Virus record (IMG/VR): IMGVR_UViG_2846613599_000004
Reading direction: 5' to 3' (one strand)
Length of the DNA: 64,000 bases
From: an uncultured virus (IMG/VR IMGVR_UViG_2846613599_000004)
Taxonomy: Duplodnaviria; Heunggongvirae; Uroviricota; Caudoviricetes
Shown here in pieces: positions 36,983-47,615 of this stretch. Position 1 is the first letter of the stretch. Each line of letters opens with the position of its first letter. The notes under the pieces are model-generated. The model did not search any database and was not told the DNA's origin. It saw only the letters and a list, made by a program, of their open reading frames with translations. Position numbers and translations under genes: made by a program.

Positions 36983-37777
36983 TTAAAATGGAAGGATAGC
37001 CTTGCTGCCGCACCGGCAATTTATTTTCTCACCGGGCAATATCCACTCGCCATCGATCTCCATACCCTTCTCGATATCGAATGTCTTGCCGTGTGCTTTA
37101 ACGTGAGATTCGCGCGGCTGCTTACCGGCGTGAGAGTGAATCCAGATGGCCTCTTTGATGCCAAGCTCTTTTCGCCGCGCCTGTTCGATAACTGCGTGTG
37201 CTTTATTGGCCTGATCACGCGCTATCGTCACAGCTCTGTTTCTGGCAATGTGGAAATCATGCTGCAGGTTATCTGTCAGTGTTTTCAGGTCATACCCGCC
37301 GGTGACAGATTGCCAGACATGCATCTGAACTTTGCTCAGATATTCCGTACCAATGGACTTAATCAGACCGACGTTCTCGCCCATTGCTGCCCTCAGCGCA
37401 TCCAGTGTTTTTTCACTGTTCTGCATCCTGACAGTGAAGCCCCTGCGCCGGAGCAAGCTGGTTAATCGTGCGTCATAATTCGTCACTGTTTTGTCAACGA
37501 ATAACTTCGCTATCTCTTTTCCAAGCCCGTCCAGTTTCCTGTTCCACTTATCAAGCAGATAATCAGCGACGTGAGCTATCCAGTCGGAGATTCCGTCGTT
37601 TGCTAACTCACGTTTCGCTTTATCGTGATATTCACTCACCAGAGCATCATCAAGCTCTTTTCTGATATCTCTGATGATTCCCATTAGCAGCCTGTAATAC
37701 TCGCCCTCAATGGATGCTGAGGGCTTAATTTCAGGCATCACCGCATCACTCGGTTTCTTCCTCGCTATTGCTTTCAT
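36983..37777 (-). CDS. Minor head protein (SPP1 gp7/Mu F-like)
   Basis: RA..IARDQ, PRESH, PG..INCRC. Confidence 0.85.
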   Translation of the reverse strand: MKAIARKKPSDAVMPEIKPSASIEGEYYRLLMGIIRDIRKELDDALVSEYHDKAKRELANDGISDWIAHVADYLLDKWNRKLDGLGKEIAKLFVDKTVTNYDARLTSLLRRRGFTVRMQNSEKTLDALRAAMGENVGLIKSIGTEYLSKVQMHVWQSVTGGYDLKTLTDNLQHDFHIARNRAVTIARDQANKAHAVIEQARRKELGIKEAIWIHSHAGKQPRESHVKAHGKTFDIEKGMEIDGEWILPGEKINCRCGSKAILPF

Positions 37778-39278
37778 AGTCCGGCACTCCGAATGGTGGG
37801 GTTATTACCTCATCAGGGTTAATTCCGCTGAATTTACTTGATTCGTCAGATGCCAGCGTTTTCCGGACTTCTTCGCCCGATACCGCGCCCATGTTAAACA
37901 GCTTTTCCGCCGTCTCCGCGTTGGTTCGGCTCACTTCCGCTGTCTCTTTTTCGTCCAGTTGGTAAAGCGGCGTGAACTCAAAATAAATACCGTCGTGGAT
38001 CTTTCCGAACAGGTGTAGCTGAATGATGTCGACGATCACCTTCAACTGAGGCAACAGGTGCGCTTCCTGCAACGATGAGATGTAATCGTAATAAACACGG
38101 ATTTCACCATCACTGTTTGCATTCAGCCCTGCGGGTGTAATGCCGAGTAACTTAACCAGCGGGGTGTGGCTCGGCGCCGCCATTTGTTCCTGAGCCTGAC
38201 GCTGTAATGCATCCAGACCGGAAAGCGGGGTGTTGAACTGAAAGAATTCCTCTTTTTCCTTGTCTGTCAGCATAAGCCCGCGACTGTCGCGAAGCTGGGA
38301 GAATAGCTGCGCCCGCAGAACCATGCTTGCCCCACTACCTCCAGACAAGATGTCCTGCATGTCAGTCGCGAGGCCGGTGAACGAGAACGACTTAATCAGG
38401 TCGCTGATTGAATCCGTTGTCCGCTGCCAGCGCTCGACATACGGCTTCATGAGTTGAAGCATGGACAGTCCGCTGAAGTTGTATGCGGGCTTCAGGATAT
38501 CGCTGACCGGCCGCATAATCAGGGTTAGCAATCTGTCTGCGTGTGTTTGCTTGCCAAGAACAAACCACTCTGTCGGCACAAAAAAATCCGCTGCGGTCGG
38601 GTCTGTGGAGTTATACATGCTTGGTGTTGACCAGATAGGTTCGATAACAGAAAAGCCATTGAGGCAGTTTTTCGGAACGCCTTTGTCGTTTACCAGAAGC
38701 GGTAAATGGCGCTTATCTTCCTGTCCCTTGATATCGATATAGAGCTGCGACCGCCCAAATATCATTTCGTTTTCGATATGCCGGCGGAACAGATCGCGGA
38801 TATTAAAGTCTTCCAGCGCCTGATTTAGTTGCGCGACAATATCTGATTTATCGCCAGACTCATCGCCGGTATCACGAGCCTTGATCTTGCCCCATTCACG
38901 GGTCATTTCCTTCGCGGTAGTTTCAGGCACACATCGGTAATCGCTGGATTGAGACATAACGGCCAGCATCGGGTAGCCGAGAAATCCGGGGTAAAATCCA
39001 GCATCAGCCCCAACGTATTGATATGCCCCTTGAGCGCATTCACTGTCCATCGCTACAGCAGGCTTCTCGCCATCAGGAACAACTCCCGGATATAACTTCG
39101 GGGCTTCCAAAGGAACCGGTTGCTGCTTTTTTGCATCTTCAGTGACCAGCATCTGCATCAGCCTAGTCTGTGAAGCTATTTTCTTTGCTTCAAGCTCAAG
39201 TTGCCTTGTCTTTTCCTGCTCAATAGCAAGCTCCGCCTCTCGCTTGGACAGGCGTTTTTTCCATTTGAATAATTTCAT
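37746..39278 (-). CDS. Portal protein (DUF1073-like)
   Basis: EMTREW, PLVKLLGITPAGLNA..DGE. Confidence 0.85.
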   Translation of the reverse strand: MKLFKWKKRLSKREAELAIEQEKTRQLELEAKKIASQTRLMQMLVTEDAKKQQPVPLEAPKLYPGVVPDGEKPAVAMDSECAQGAYQYVGADAGFYPGFLGYPMLAVMSQSSDYRCVPETTAKEMTREWGKIKARDTGDESGDKSDIVAQLNQALEDFNIRDLFRRHIENEMIFGRSQLYIDIKGQEDKRHLPLLVNDKGVPKNCLNGFSVIEPIWSTPSMYNSTDPTAADFFVPTEWFVLGKQTHADRLLTLIMRPVSDILKPAYNFSGLSMLQLMKPYVERWQRTTDSISDLIKSFSFTGLATDMQDILSGGSGASMVLRAQLFSQLRDSRGLMLTDKEKEEFFQFNTPLSGLDALQRQAQEQMAAPSHTPLVKLLGITPAGLNANSDGEIRVYYDYISSLQEAHLLPQLKVIVDIIQLHLFGKIHDGIYFEFTPLYQLDEKETAEVSRTNAETAEKLFNMGAVSGEEVRKTLASDESSKFSGINPDEVITPPFGVPDYESNSEEETE

Positions 39279-40627
39279 CAGATACCTGCAAGTGCTGCGG
39301 GGTTGATTTGCAGTCCTCCGCGAACATTCGCGAAAGCCATAATGAAAGCATCGGCCTTGTTCGGGCTCGGGATGCCGCGTTTCTTCATGTCCTTTTTACT
39401 CTCAACCTTCACGCGACCGTTGTTGTCGTAATCGACCTGAGGGCGTGACAATTCGGCTTTGAGATACTCAATATCCTTCATATCACCAGATATACTGATT
39501 AACTGATCTTCCGGATATTTGTCGCCGTGGGTTACCGCCCGCCAGGTGTTGTAAAACCGGTCTGCCACCATCTGCCATTGCTGGGCTTTCAGGTTGGAGA
39601 ACATATCTTTGTTCGTCTTGCCCTGAACATAATCACTGTTCGGGTTCTCAACTGATGCCCCGGCATTAAATCCGACAGTCCGGATGCGGTTGTCTTTGCG
39701 GTTGAACTGCGCTTTAACACCAGCCCCCATACCTATTGAGTCATAGATAACGGAGTCCACGTTATTTTTCAGGCCGTAATCATAAACGTGATCCGCGCTG
39801 TAAATAACATCCTGTCCGCGCCATTCATTGACCTCGATAGCCACCGAGCCATGACGCAATATCGTGGCATTGGCATCCTCACCATCATCAGCAACGTCGA
39901 ACCCGACAATGCGCTTACCTCTCGGCTCAAAGCCAAGCTTGATGTGAGCATCGACAGCAGCCTCAATCCATGCAGGCTTGATAATCGCCAGTGCGGAATC
40001 TGCGACCGGCTCACCCAGCCAGATGTGGCGGTACAAATCAGGGTCACGTTCTCTGCATTCCTCCATCTGCTTGGGCAGCGGAGTGTCATAGAAATGTGGG
40101 TTAACGTCGTAGTTTGCCTTGAGGACTATCGCGCCCTCGGGAGGGTTGACAACAAATCTCTGATAGGTGTCATCGAGAATGTTTTTCGGGTTGAAGCTAA
40201 CCCATATTTCGGCATTTTTATCGCCACGGATGGATGGCAGCAAAACCTCCCACGAGTCCTTTACTACGGCCTCAGCTTCTTCAATCCAGCAGATACCGAC
40301 ACCCTGAATAGATTTAATTTTGGTGACGTTATTCTTTATTCCGGCAAAAACGAATGATGCCCCGGTAGCCAGATGGATGATGGTGTTTTTTTGAATCTCG
40401 AACTCTCTGCCATAGCCAAGCCGGTCTATGGTTTCGCAAAGCAGTTTATGAACTGAGTCGCTGATAGAGCCCTGAAACTCACGAGTGCACAGAATGACGG
40501 TTTTTATCCTGCGTGACACTTCGATTGCCAGCTCAGCGAAGAAATAAGACTTTCCGCTTCCCCGCCCGCCGTAAGCCACCTTATAAGGGGCGCTCGCTGC
40601 AAATGGTTTGAAGTAGGGATTAGCCAT
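39278..40627 (-). CDS. Terminase large subunit (PBSX-like)
   Basis: YGGRGSGKS Walker A, WIEEA Walker B, GFDVAD and SPNKADA nuclease motifs. Confidence 0.95.
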   Translation of the reverse strand: MANPYFKPFAASAPYKVAYGGRGSGKSYFFAELAIEVSRRIKTVILCTREFQGSISDSVHKLLCETIDRLGYGREFEIQKNTIIHLATGASFVFAGIKNNVTKIKSIQGVGICWIEEAEAVVKDSWEVLLPSIRGDKNAEIWVSFNPKNILDDTYQRFVVNPPEGAIVLKANYDVNPHFYDTPLPKQMEECRERDPDLYRHIWLGEPVADSALAIIKPAWIEAAVDAHIKLGFEPRGKRIVGFDVADDGEDANATILRHGSVAIEVNEWRGQDVIYSADHVYDYGLKNNVDSVIYDSIGMGAGVKAQFNRKDNRIRTVGFNAGASVENPNSDYVQGKTNKDMFSNLKAQQWQMVADRFYNTWRAVTHGDKYPEDQLISISGDMKDIEYLKAELSRPQVDYDNNGRVKVESKKDMKKRGIPSPNKADAFIMAFANVRGGLQINPAALAGI

Positions 40628-41144
40628 CGAAGATATCCTTGATAGAGCGATTCTCAACTTTGACATCAGCGGTGAGGTCGACTTTATCCACAAAGGCACT
40701 AACGTTTTTATGCTTACCTAATAGCTCAAGGTTTTTCACTTTGTCAGGCCATTTGATTTTTTTCATAATGCCGACCAAATCACGCTCACCATCTTTAGAC
40801 TCAAACATTTCCGCTAAGTCCATGCCGCTTAATGATGTGCGCCAAACTTTAGGCCATTCGTGGATAGGCTTAATACCTCCGTCATCGTGGAGGATATCCA
40901 GTACATCCATTTGATCTATTTCGACAAGTCGATTAAGAACATAATCAGCCGTTATCTCTAATCGCTCACTGCGGGCATTCATCAATTCCTGAATTCGTTT
41001 TTCAATGTCAACATTTGTCAACATGCGGTTAGCTTGGGAACGTGCGGTTTTATCGCTGTACCCCGCACGAATAGCCGCTTGTGTAGCGTTCAAATCTACG
41101 AGGTACTCACGACAAAACATTTCCTGTTTATCTGTGAGTGCCAT
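40620..41144 (-). CDS. Terminase small subunit
   Basis: [28 protein letters not shown]. Confidence 0.95.
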   Translation of the reverse strand: MALTDKQEMFCREYLVDLNATQAAIRAGYSDKTARSQANRMLTNVDIEKRIQELMNARSERLEITADYVLNRLVEIDQMDVLDILHDDGGIKPIHEWPKVWRTSLSGMDLAEMFESKDGERDLVGIMKKIKWPDKVKNLELLGKHKNVSAFVDKVDLTADVKVENRSIKDIFDG

Positions 41145-41154
41145 ATCCTTTCCT

Positions 41155-41520
41155 TTAATCTGGGGTTATTACTATGTGAGTGCGAAAGTAAGGAGCCACA
41201 GCCGGTTTACCAAATGATATTCCGGTAAACTCACTTAACTCACGAAGGGCGTCTTGTGGTGTTACCCCTATGGATATTGCAGCTCCGTTATGACTTTCCA
41301 GTCGCGCCTGCCATCCCCGCCATGTAAGTTTCAGGTGAGGTTTTCTGTTTGTCTGCATATCTACCTCGCTTTTCGCCTGCTGATATATCAAGCGGTGATA
41401 CCGTTCACGTGATGTCATTTCAGCCTCAATCAGAACAATAAACTGGTTCGTTTTGTATTTCTCCGTGGTACACCGATACCGCCGGAGCTGAAAACCTACA
41501 TAAATCTCTATCAACGCCAC
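41155..41520 (-). CDS. Hypothetical protein (true start possibly MTSRER near 41418)
   Basis: ORF track; position between lysis and terS. Confidence 0.5.
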   Translation of the reverse strand: MALIEIYVGFQLRRYRCTTEKYKTNQFIVLIEAEMTSRERYHRLIYQQAKSEVDMQTNRKPHLKLTWRGWQARLESHNGAAISIGVTPQDALRELSEFTGISFGKPAVAPYFRTHIVITPD

Positions 41521-41601
41521 TCGTAAGCGACGTTTGTGGAGTTTTATAAAATGCAGACAATAAAAAACCCGCGCTTGGCGGGTTCCTAAAATTGATGTCT
41601 G

Positions 41602-41823
41602 TTACTTAACGAATTGCATGTAATTCACAGGTAGGGCAATGCCAGGCTCTTTCCCCAGGGCGATTAGCTTCTCCTCAATTTCTTTTTTGTCTGACTCGCT
41701 ACCGGACTGATAATACTTTTTGGCTGCGGCCAATATTTTATTTGCAGTAATAGAGGAGCCAACCATGCCGTGAGCTTCTGCTGCGTTAAGAATGCCATAC
41801 ACTTCGTCATTAAATTGTTTCAT
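41602..41823 (-). CDS. Small moron protein
   Basis: AAGGAG RBS; own terminator at about 41562-41584. Confidence 0.7.
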   Translation of the reverse strand: MKQFNDEVYGILNAAEAHGMVGSSITANKILAAAKKYYQSGSESDKKEIEEKLIALGKEPGIALPVNYMQFVK

Positions 41824-42031
41824 TGCTAACTCCTTGTATTATGGTTTCCCTGATATTACTACAAACAGAAAAGTGTTTCCGCTCCATAAGTTCGCAACCA
41901 TCATCACGCATCACTACGTTACTTTGGTCACTTCCGTCTGTTCCGGCATGTCAAGATAGTTTGGATCACCTCTTTACTGGCTTAACAAATTATCTAACCT
42001 TGTCGGGGTTATTCGTAAAAAGCCCCGCTAT

Positions 42032-42220
42032 TTAGCGAGGCGTTGCTGTTCTATCTCCCGTATTGCTTTCTTTCAGCAAATGCTCAGCAAGCTTTAACGA
42101 AAAGTGATGCGCGTACTTGCTGCCAGCCGGATCATATCTATATTCAAGAGGCTCACTATCTTTCATGAATGACTCTATTTTCGCTGCTAAAGTGTCTTTG
42201 TCTTCATTCATCGTAAACAC
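42032..42220 (-). CDS. Small hypothetical protein
   Basis: Overlaps Rz stop codon. Confidence 0.5.
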   Translation of the reverse strand: MFTMNEDKDTLAAKIESFMKDSEPLEYRYDPAGSKYAHHFSLKLAEHLLKESNTGDRTATPR

Positions 42221-42657
42221 TCCGTTCTGATGTAGTCCTGCAAATACAGGGTCTGCTTTTCGTTCTCAGCCATCATTTCTCTGAGACGCCAATAATCTTG
42301 CTCAGTTGCTTCGCTAAGTCGTGGGGAGCTTTCATCGCGTCCGATTTCGGCGGTATTGGTTCCGACCTTTGGACACTCGGCCTTGATGGACAGCCGCTTA
42401 GCGCCAGACTTAACAGCGTCACGCAGGCTATCAATTTCAGTTTTGGCATTGGTTAACTCCTGCGTGTACATGGTGTCGAGTTCGTGAAGTGACTGAATGC
42501 GGGATTTGTAGTCTTTGTTGATGGCGACCTGCTCAGCAAATTGAGAGGACAGTAGCTGATAGTTATCTTTCAGACCACCATACAGATGCAGGATAAGCAG
42601 CAGGCCAATGACCAGCACCACACAGATACCGGCCAGTGATTTTGTCAGCCAGTCCAT
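42208..42657 (-). CDS. i-spanin (Rz)
   Basis: N-terminal TM, LD..YT.EL, LQDYIRTECL. Confidence 0.9.
   Translation of the reverse strand: MDWLTKSLAGICVVLVIGLLLILHLYGGLKDNYQLLSSQFAEQVAINKDYKSRIQSLHELDTMYTQELTNAKTEIDSLRDAVKSGAKRLSIKAECPKVGTNTAEIGRDESSPRLSEATEQDYWRLREMMAENEKQTLYLQDYIRTECLR
42273..42449 (-). CDS. o-spanin (Rz1) lipoprotein nested in Rz
   Basis: Manual translation MPKLKLIACVTLLSLALSGC PSRPSVQRSEPIPP...; LSGC lipobox, Pro-rich, 58 aa. Confidence 0.85.
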   Translation of the reverse strand: MPKLKLIACVTLLSLALSGCPSRPSVQRSEPIPPKSDAMKAPHDLAKQLSKIIGVSEK

Positions 42658-42658
42658 A

Positions 42659-43141
42659 TCATGACTCTTTCACTGACAGCGCTGCGTTACCTACCGGCAG
42701 AGGGTTGTTATCCATCGGCACACCTGACGGCCAGCGGTATCCAGTAACACGGTCAGTGCCGAATGCTTTGATATTTACTGCATCTGACTGATTGCCGCCC
42801 AGAACCATCAGCTGGCCTGATTCTGTCTTACCGACCACAAACCCGACATGACCTCCGCCGGTACGGGAAAATGTGACAATACAGCCATACTCAGGCGCAT
42901 TAAGCGCTTCCCCGAACGTTAGATATGCACGGGAAGAATCAGATCGGGCCGAACGAATACCGGCGCGTTCCAGGCAGGCATTCACAAATCCTGCACACCA
43001 CGGCACTTTACGCGCAGTGCCAACCAATCCGCGCAGTTTGCTGTCAATCCACATCTGGTCTACAGCTGCGGAACCTGCTGCTGTGTGTTCTGATACGCCG
43101 ATTTCTTTTCGGGCTTCAGTAATCCATTTTGGTTCAGTCAT
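42659..43141 (-). CDS. Endolysin, TIGR02594/NlpC-P60-like peptidase
   Basis: PWCAGFV, GGHVGF, LGGNQ; between holin and Rz. Confidence 0.9.
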   Translation of the reverse strand: MTEPKWITEARKEIGVSEHTAAGSAAVDQMWIDSKLRGLVGTARKVPWCAGFVNACLERAGIRSARSDSSRAYLTFGEALNAPEYGCIVTFSRTGGGHVGFVVGKTESGQLMVLGGNQSDAVNIKAFGTDRVTGYRWPSGVPMDNNPLPVGNAALSVKES

Positions 43142-43448
43142 CGCTCACTCCCGCCTTGCCTTTGATTATTTTGCTCAACGCATCCACACCGATATAACCA
43201 ATGAATACACTGGTCAGATACGCCAAATCAGGATTAAGGCCGAGTAGCGCCAACAAGTCCTTCACAAACCACGCGAAGATTGCACACATCAGCCCGTCAA
43301 AAATGGTCTTCTTCCATCCTCCGCCGTTATAGCGACCACGAAGGATAGCCACCGACCCAGCGAGAGCGGCAAATATGCCCTGGTCTTTGTACTGAGATAG
43401 GTACATCCATACCTGATCCCAAACGTCTGGGTTTTCTTTCATTTTCAT
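43134..43448 (-). CDS. Lambda-S-like holin with dual start (MKM)
   Basis: Three TM segments; FIGYIG motif; Met-Lys-Met start. Confidence 0.9.
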   Translation of the reverse strand: MKMKENPDVWDQVWMYLSQYKDQGIFAALAGSVAILRGRYNGGGWKKTIFDGLMCAIFAWFVKDLLALLGLNPDLAYLTSVFIGYIGVDALSKIIKGKAGVSDD

Positions 43449-43549
43449 GGCTTACCTCCTAACGGAGGGTATTAGAAGTTAATAGGGTGCCGCGCACAGT
43501 ATCTCTGCGCTGATTACGTTTGTTTGTTCAGGATTCTGTGGCGGCGTAT

Positions 43550-43625
43550 TGGTGCCCCGAGACCGGATTCGAACCGGCAACCCATCGGTTATGAGCCGAG
43601 CGCTCTACCGTTGAGCTACTGGGGC
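43550..43625 (-). tRNA. tRNA with CAT anticodon (Ile2-like), one bulged base in acceptor stem
   Basis: GCCCCAG TA GCTC-AACGGTA-GAGC G CTCGG-CTCATAA-CCGAT GGGTT GCCGG-TTCGAAT-CCGGT CTCGGGGC ACCA. Confidence 0.8.
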
Positions 43626-44265
43626 GTATATGAAAAAAGGCCGCACAGGGCGACCTTTAGGATATTTATCTGTTGGGACTATGGGCCTGCAATATTTTGA
43701 ACTACCAAATATATTTTGGTGGTTGAAATATGAACTATCCGGAAATTCCGGTTAGTTGAAATAATTGTGGAAGCATACGCTGAGAGTGTATGCGTTCAGG
43801 TTCCCCATGGCGTGTGTGCTTCTATCCTGATAAGTGCAGTAGCCCATGCGAGTTAGCCGATCAGCCTCGGCATTCTCCACAATGGAAAGGTAACTCCCAG
43901 CTTTGCGTGTGGATTTCAAGAGCGGCAGGCCTACCACTTGAAGTTACCTTACCATTGCAGATATGAAAAAGCCCTCCGGAGAGGGCTGTTATGCATGCTT
44001 CGACACAAGGCCAGTCTCCTGCCGGTGTGCGCCGTTTACTTACTTCCTCGCTCTGCATTCTTTCGACCTCTCAGCCGATGCGGTTCGAGTCCCAGCCCTG
44101 CGGCGAAGTGACGAACTAGGCGGTATCGATAACAGGGGCCGCCTCTGTAACCCTGTTACCTGCTCCTGCTTTTAACTGCCTGAGCATATCACAAACTATA
44201 CAGCTTTTAGGTGCAAAGCATAATAGTTTTCTCCTATTAATTATAATCACAGGTAAATAATTCTA

Positions 44266-44850
44266 CTAATTACCGATAACTGTGGAATAAATCACATCTT
44301 CAATGATGGTATCAGCCCATCTGACCCTGCGCTTTGCTGAGTCCATATCTATCCCCATCTCTCTGGCTAATGATTCGAGAACATTTTGCGGGCTTTTGCG
44401 GTTCTTATATCGTTTAATGACCACATCACGAAGCGGATTATTTAGCGGGAAAGCTTTGTTGATACAGGATTCAACGGCATCGGCGTCATCTTTTTCTTTG
44501 GCGAGTCGAAGTGCGCCGAGCGTTGAGTTGTTTGGTGATACAATCTCCTTTACCTTTTCCAGTAGCTCGTTGCCGGAATATCCCTGTTTTTTGCAGTTAC
44601 CAATGGTCACGCGGATCAGGGTGGCAGTTTCATCATCCCACTCGTCGCGCGACATCAGCTTTCCGATAATGTTTATTCCGCAATCACCAGGTGCCTCATC
44701 CCCGCGATAGTGCATTCCCCATAAAGTGAGAAGGTATCTTGCCTGCGGTCTGTCCGATTTTTTTATTTTCCCTACTGATCCGCCCCACTTATCCCTGAGT
44801 TGCTTTTCAGTCCTGAAGCATGACAAATCTCTGAATGAACCTCTTTTCAT
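44266..44850 (-). CDS. Putative late antiterminator (Q position)
   Basis: Last nin-region gene before late leader; LxxWG motif and C-terminal HTH-like segment. Confidence 0.65.
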   Translation of the reverse strand: MKRGSFRDLSCFRTEKQLRDKWGGSVGKIKKSDRPQARYLLTLWGMHYRGDEAPGDCGINIIGKLMSRDEWDDETATLIRVTIGNCKKQGYSGNELLEKVKEIVSPNNSTLGALRLAKEKDDADAVESCINKAFPLNNPLRDVVIKRYKNRKSPQNVLESLAREMGIDMDSAKRRVRWADTIIEDVIYSTVIGN

Positions 44851-45047
44851 TGCCCTTTCCCCTGGTTGCCTTTCATCTTGGATTTGGTCATCAGCACGCC
44901 GTTGTAGATAACGTGCATTTCACACCGGGTATCACGGTGAAACTTCCTGACTGTATGCCGGTTTATTCCCAGCTCGCTCGCCAGTGCAGTCATATTTCCG
45001 TGGTGCTTAATAAGCATTACCGGTATCGATGTGATTTCAGGTCGCAT
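44847..45047 (-). CDS. ninH: NinH-like protein
   Basis: IP.ML...GN...LA..L.INR.TV.K...H.I.NGVLM. Confidence 0.8.
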   Translation of the reverse strand: MRPEITSIPVMLIKHHGNMTALASELGINRHTVRKFHRDTRCEMHVIYNGVLMTKSKMKGNQGKGQ

Positions 45048-45675
45048 TCTTCAGCTCCTTCACTTTGGCTCTGTACTCATCGCGGATTCTGATATAATCC
45101 TCCCGCTTCCAGTGCGGTATCTCATGCGGACCGCGCAACCAGTCAACTAACTCCTGTCCAAACTTCTCAACCAACCGCAACTCGTACTGCTGCGTGACGG
45201 TGGCATTTTTTCGTGAGAATTTACCGGCACCGGCATTACATGATTTGCATTGCTTATATGCGTTGCGTTCATCAAATCTGAGCTCAGGATGCGACCCAAC
45301 AGACAGGAAGTGACCACAATCCCACTGCCCACCATGTAAATCAGGCGGATTGGTTTCACCGCAACTGATGCATGGCTCATCACGGTCTCTGAGTCGGATA
45401 AATTGGTTAAACGCTGTTTGGGCTTGCTGCCGAAAATAAGAGGTGGGCTTTACTGCTAACTTGCGGATTTTTAACTTATCTTTTTCTTCACGTTCCTGCT
45501 TCCTTCGCTCCTTCTTCAATTTTGCCAGTGCTTTTTCTGCTGCCTTTTGCCTTCGTCGCTGTGATAGCTCCAGCCCATGCTCAGGACAACACCACTCAAT
45601 ATTGTCATACTTCGGGTGAAACCATTCTCGGCATATCAGGCATTTTCGCCGCGGTTGCTTTGCCACTCTCACCAT
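45037..45675 (-). CDS. ninG: NinG/Rap endonuclease
   Basis: AQ.AFN.FIRLRD...CISCG...GHF..VG..PELRF.E.N...QC..CN. Confidence 0.9.
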   Translation of the reverse strand: MVRVAKQPRRKCLICREWFHPKYDNIEWCCPEHGLELSQRRRQKAAEKALAKLKKERRKQEREEKDKLKIRKLAVKPTSYFRQQAQTAFNQFIRLRDRDEPCISCGETNPPDLHGGQWDCGHFLSVGSHPELRFDERNAYKQCKSCNAGAGKFSRKNATVTQQYELRLVEKFGQELVDWLRGPHEIPHWKREDYIRIRDEYRAKVKELKNAT

Positions 45676-45784
45676 CTCCTTTTATCTTCTCGACTACTTC
45701 CAGATGCGGACATTCACTGGCGCACTGGTCGCACAACCACGTTTCATCGTCAGCCAGTTCTTTACTGCACAGTTGGCATGTCAT
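45605..45784 (-). CDS. NinF-like Zn-finger protein
   Basis: Manual translation [21 protein letters not shown]... Confidence 0.6.
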   Translation of the reverse strand: MTCQLCSKELADDETWLCDQCASECPHLEVVEKIKGDGESGKATAAKMPDMPRMVSPEV

Positions 45785-46440
45785 TGTATTTTCCTCAGCG
45801 TCAGGCCATAGCCGAATACTGCGCCTGTATCGATATATTCCTGGTTGGCTCGTTTCCCGATACCTTTAATCATCGGTGTGTGCCCGAAAATAAACAGGTC
45901 AGCACCTTTAATTTCCCGTGGCATGTCGTCAGCCACACGTTCACGGCTCCAGATGACGGCCTGCTCATCTACTGGTTTCCCGAACTCGTATTCATCTGAT
46001 GGATAATCAGCATGGGAAATTACAACCTTCTTTCCGTTCGTGATGACCTCGATAATCAGGGGCAGTTTTTCGGCTTTCGCCAGACATGCCCGAGATAAAA
46101 TCTCTTTGTCGTAGTCCTGAAGGAAAAACCAGTTCCCGCCGTTATACAGCCAGTTATTGACATCACCGCCATTGAACAGGGCATCAATCGCCATTTGCTC
46201 ATGATTCCCACGAATAGCCGTAAACCACTTTTCATTGAGCAAATCTAAACACTCGACGTTTTGATCCCCCCTATCTATCAGGTCACCTACAGAAATGATT
46301 AGGTCAGTCTGTTTATCAAAATCAATTTGTTGTATCTTACCAATCAGTAACTGATAGCATCCGTGCAGGTCGCCAACCACCCAAATATGCCGATATTGAT
46401 CACCGTTGATTCGCTGGTATATTCCGTTTCTCTCACCCAC
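45781..46440 (-). CDS. Ser/Thr protein phosphatase (lambda NinI-like)
   Basis: GDLHG, GDLIDRG, RGNHE, GHTP, IDTG. Confidence 0.9.
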   Translation of the reverse strand: MGERNGIYQRINGDQYRHIWVVGDLHGCYQLLIGKIQQIDFDKQTDLIISVGDLIDRGDQNVECLDLLNEKWFTAIRGNHEQMAIDALFNGGDVNNWLYNGGNWFFLQDYDKEILSRACLAKAEKLPLIIEVITNGKKVVISHADYPSDEYEFGKPVDEQAVIWSRERVADDMPREIKGADLFIFGHTPMIKGIGKRANQEYIDTGAVFGYGLTLRKIQ

Positions 46441-46849
46441 AGCGTACCTCCCGCAGCATTGCGTCAATTTCATTGATGAACGACCACCCGAACCCAGGCT
46501 CAAACGGGCGTGTTCTGGATTTTGGACGCGATGCCTTCTCCTTGACTACCGTCATCCTTGCCTTAGCTACCGGGGTCGGCTTTTCGGCCAGGCTGCTGAA
46601 ATGCGCCCTGACTTTGGATGCCGCACGGTCATCAAAGGCGTAATAAACCTGACTGCCTTTCCTGCGCACGGCGTGGACACTGCCGATATCCTGCAACAGC
46701 CGGACAAATTTAGCGTCTATCATGCTGCCAAGACCGGTAGCCTGCGAAACCATCCTGACCGTGAAGGTGTCATGGTGGCGAAGTGACCGGATTATTTTCA
46801 GGCACATGTCCTGCTTCTGCTCATTGGTGTGAAGGTATTGTCTTGCCAT
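46433..46849 (-). CDS. Hypothetical (possible winged-helix) protein
   Basis: ORF in nin operon. Confidence 0.6.
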   Translation of the reverse strand: MARQYLHTNEQKQDMCLKIIRSLRHHDTFTVRMVSQATGLGSMIDAKFVRLLQDIGSVHAVRRKGSQVYYAFDDRAASKVRAHFSSLAEKPTPVAKARMTVVKEKASRPKSRTRPFEPGFGWSFINEIDAMLREVRCG

Positions 46850-46859
46850 GATTTTTCCC

Positions 46860-47306
46860 TCAAAAAAATGACAGCAACCGGTTCTCAGTGATGTCACTAC
46901 ATCCCCGGAAGATGTGTTTTAATGCGGCATTGACTATCGCGTGATAACAGCGTTCAAACTCGTCTGATTCCATATCGCCGTAAGCAAGGCTTTTAGCCTC
47001 TGTGCGGACACTTCCGTCTAACCTGACCGTTTGCTCATAGAATCCGGCAAGTATCGTCAGATCCTTCCTGAAGCGGTCAAATTGGCTGTGCTCATCCATA
47101 TTCTCCAGTCCGGCGCGATTACCACACCAGTGGTCAAAGCAGAACTTGAAGAAAGCGAACATTTTTCGGTGAAAGGATGGATTGCGGGAAAGTTTGATAT
47201 TGAAGGCGTACCATTCGCCGTTTTTGAACTTTGTTAATCGCGGTAGGTCGTGCTCAAATGCCGGTACAAATACGCCGTTAGCGCCTTTGACCATGCTTAT
47301 TTCCAT
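46860..47306 (-). CDS. DUF1367-like protein
   Basis: RNP.FHRK.FA, FD.FRK..TI.AG, S..Y..M...EF...Y. Confidence 0.8.
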   Translation of the reverse strand: MEISMVKGANGVFVPAFEHDLPRLTKFKNGEWYAFNIKLSRNPSFHRKMFAFFKFCFDHWCGNRAGLENMDEHSQFDRFRKDLTILAGFYEQTVRLDGSVRTEAKSLAYGDMESDEFERCYHAIVNAALKHIFRGCSDITENRLLSFF

Positions 47307-47615
47307 TTAGCCTCCTAATTTACCCTCGCTGTACAGTGGCAACCAGACGCAGCGGTGTACAAACTGAATGAAGTGAAACAGGAACTCGCGGGTCTGTGAT
47401 TCGCGATAGCCTGTTGCCTCATCGACCATGTTGATTATTGCGTTTTCGCTAAACCTCGGCAGAGACACACCGTAAATGCGCTGAAAATTGGAGACCAGCT
47501 CATCCTCTTCCAGGCAACGCTGAACGATACCGATAAACACCGGATGTTCCGCTATCGTGCGCCGGATTTCGTCTGGTAATTTGTGAGGCTTAAGCTTCTG
47601 TGTTTTCTCTGTCAT
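47307..47615 (-). CDS. Hypothetical nin-region protein
   Basis: Translationally coupled ORF. Confidence 0.6.
   Translation of the reverse strand: MTEKTQKLKPHKLPDEIRRTIAEHPVFIGIVQRCLEEDELVSNFQRIYGVSLPRFSENAIINMVDEATGYRESQTREFLFHFIQFVHRCVWLPLYSEGKLGG

Noticed and set aside
44060..44125. GGTTCGAGTCC T-loop-like motif suggesting a second tRNA
   Set aside because: No matching acceptor, D or anticodon arms found, and it is opposite to late transcription
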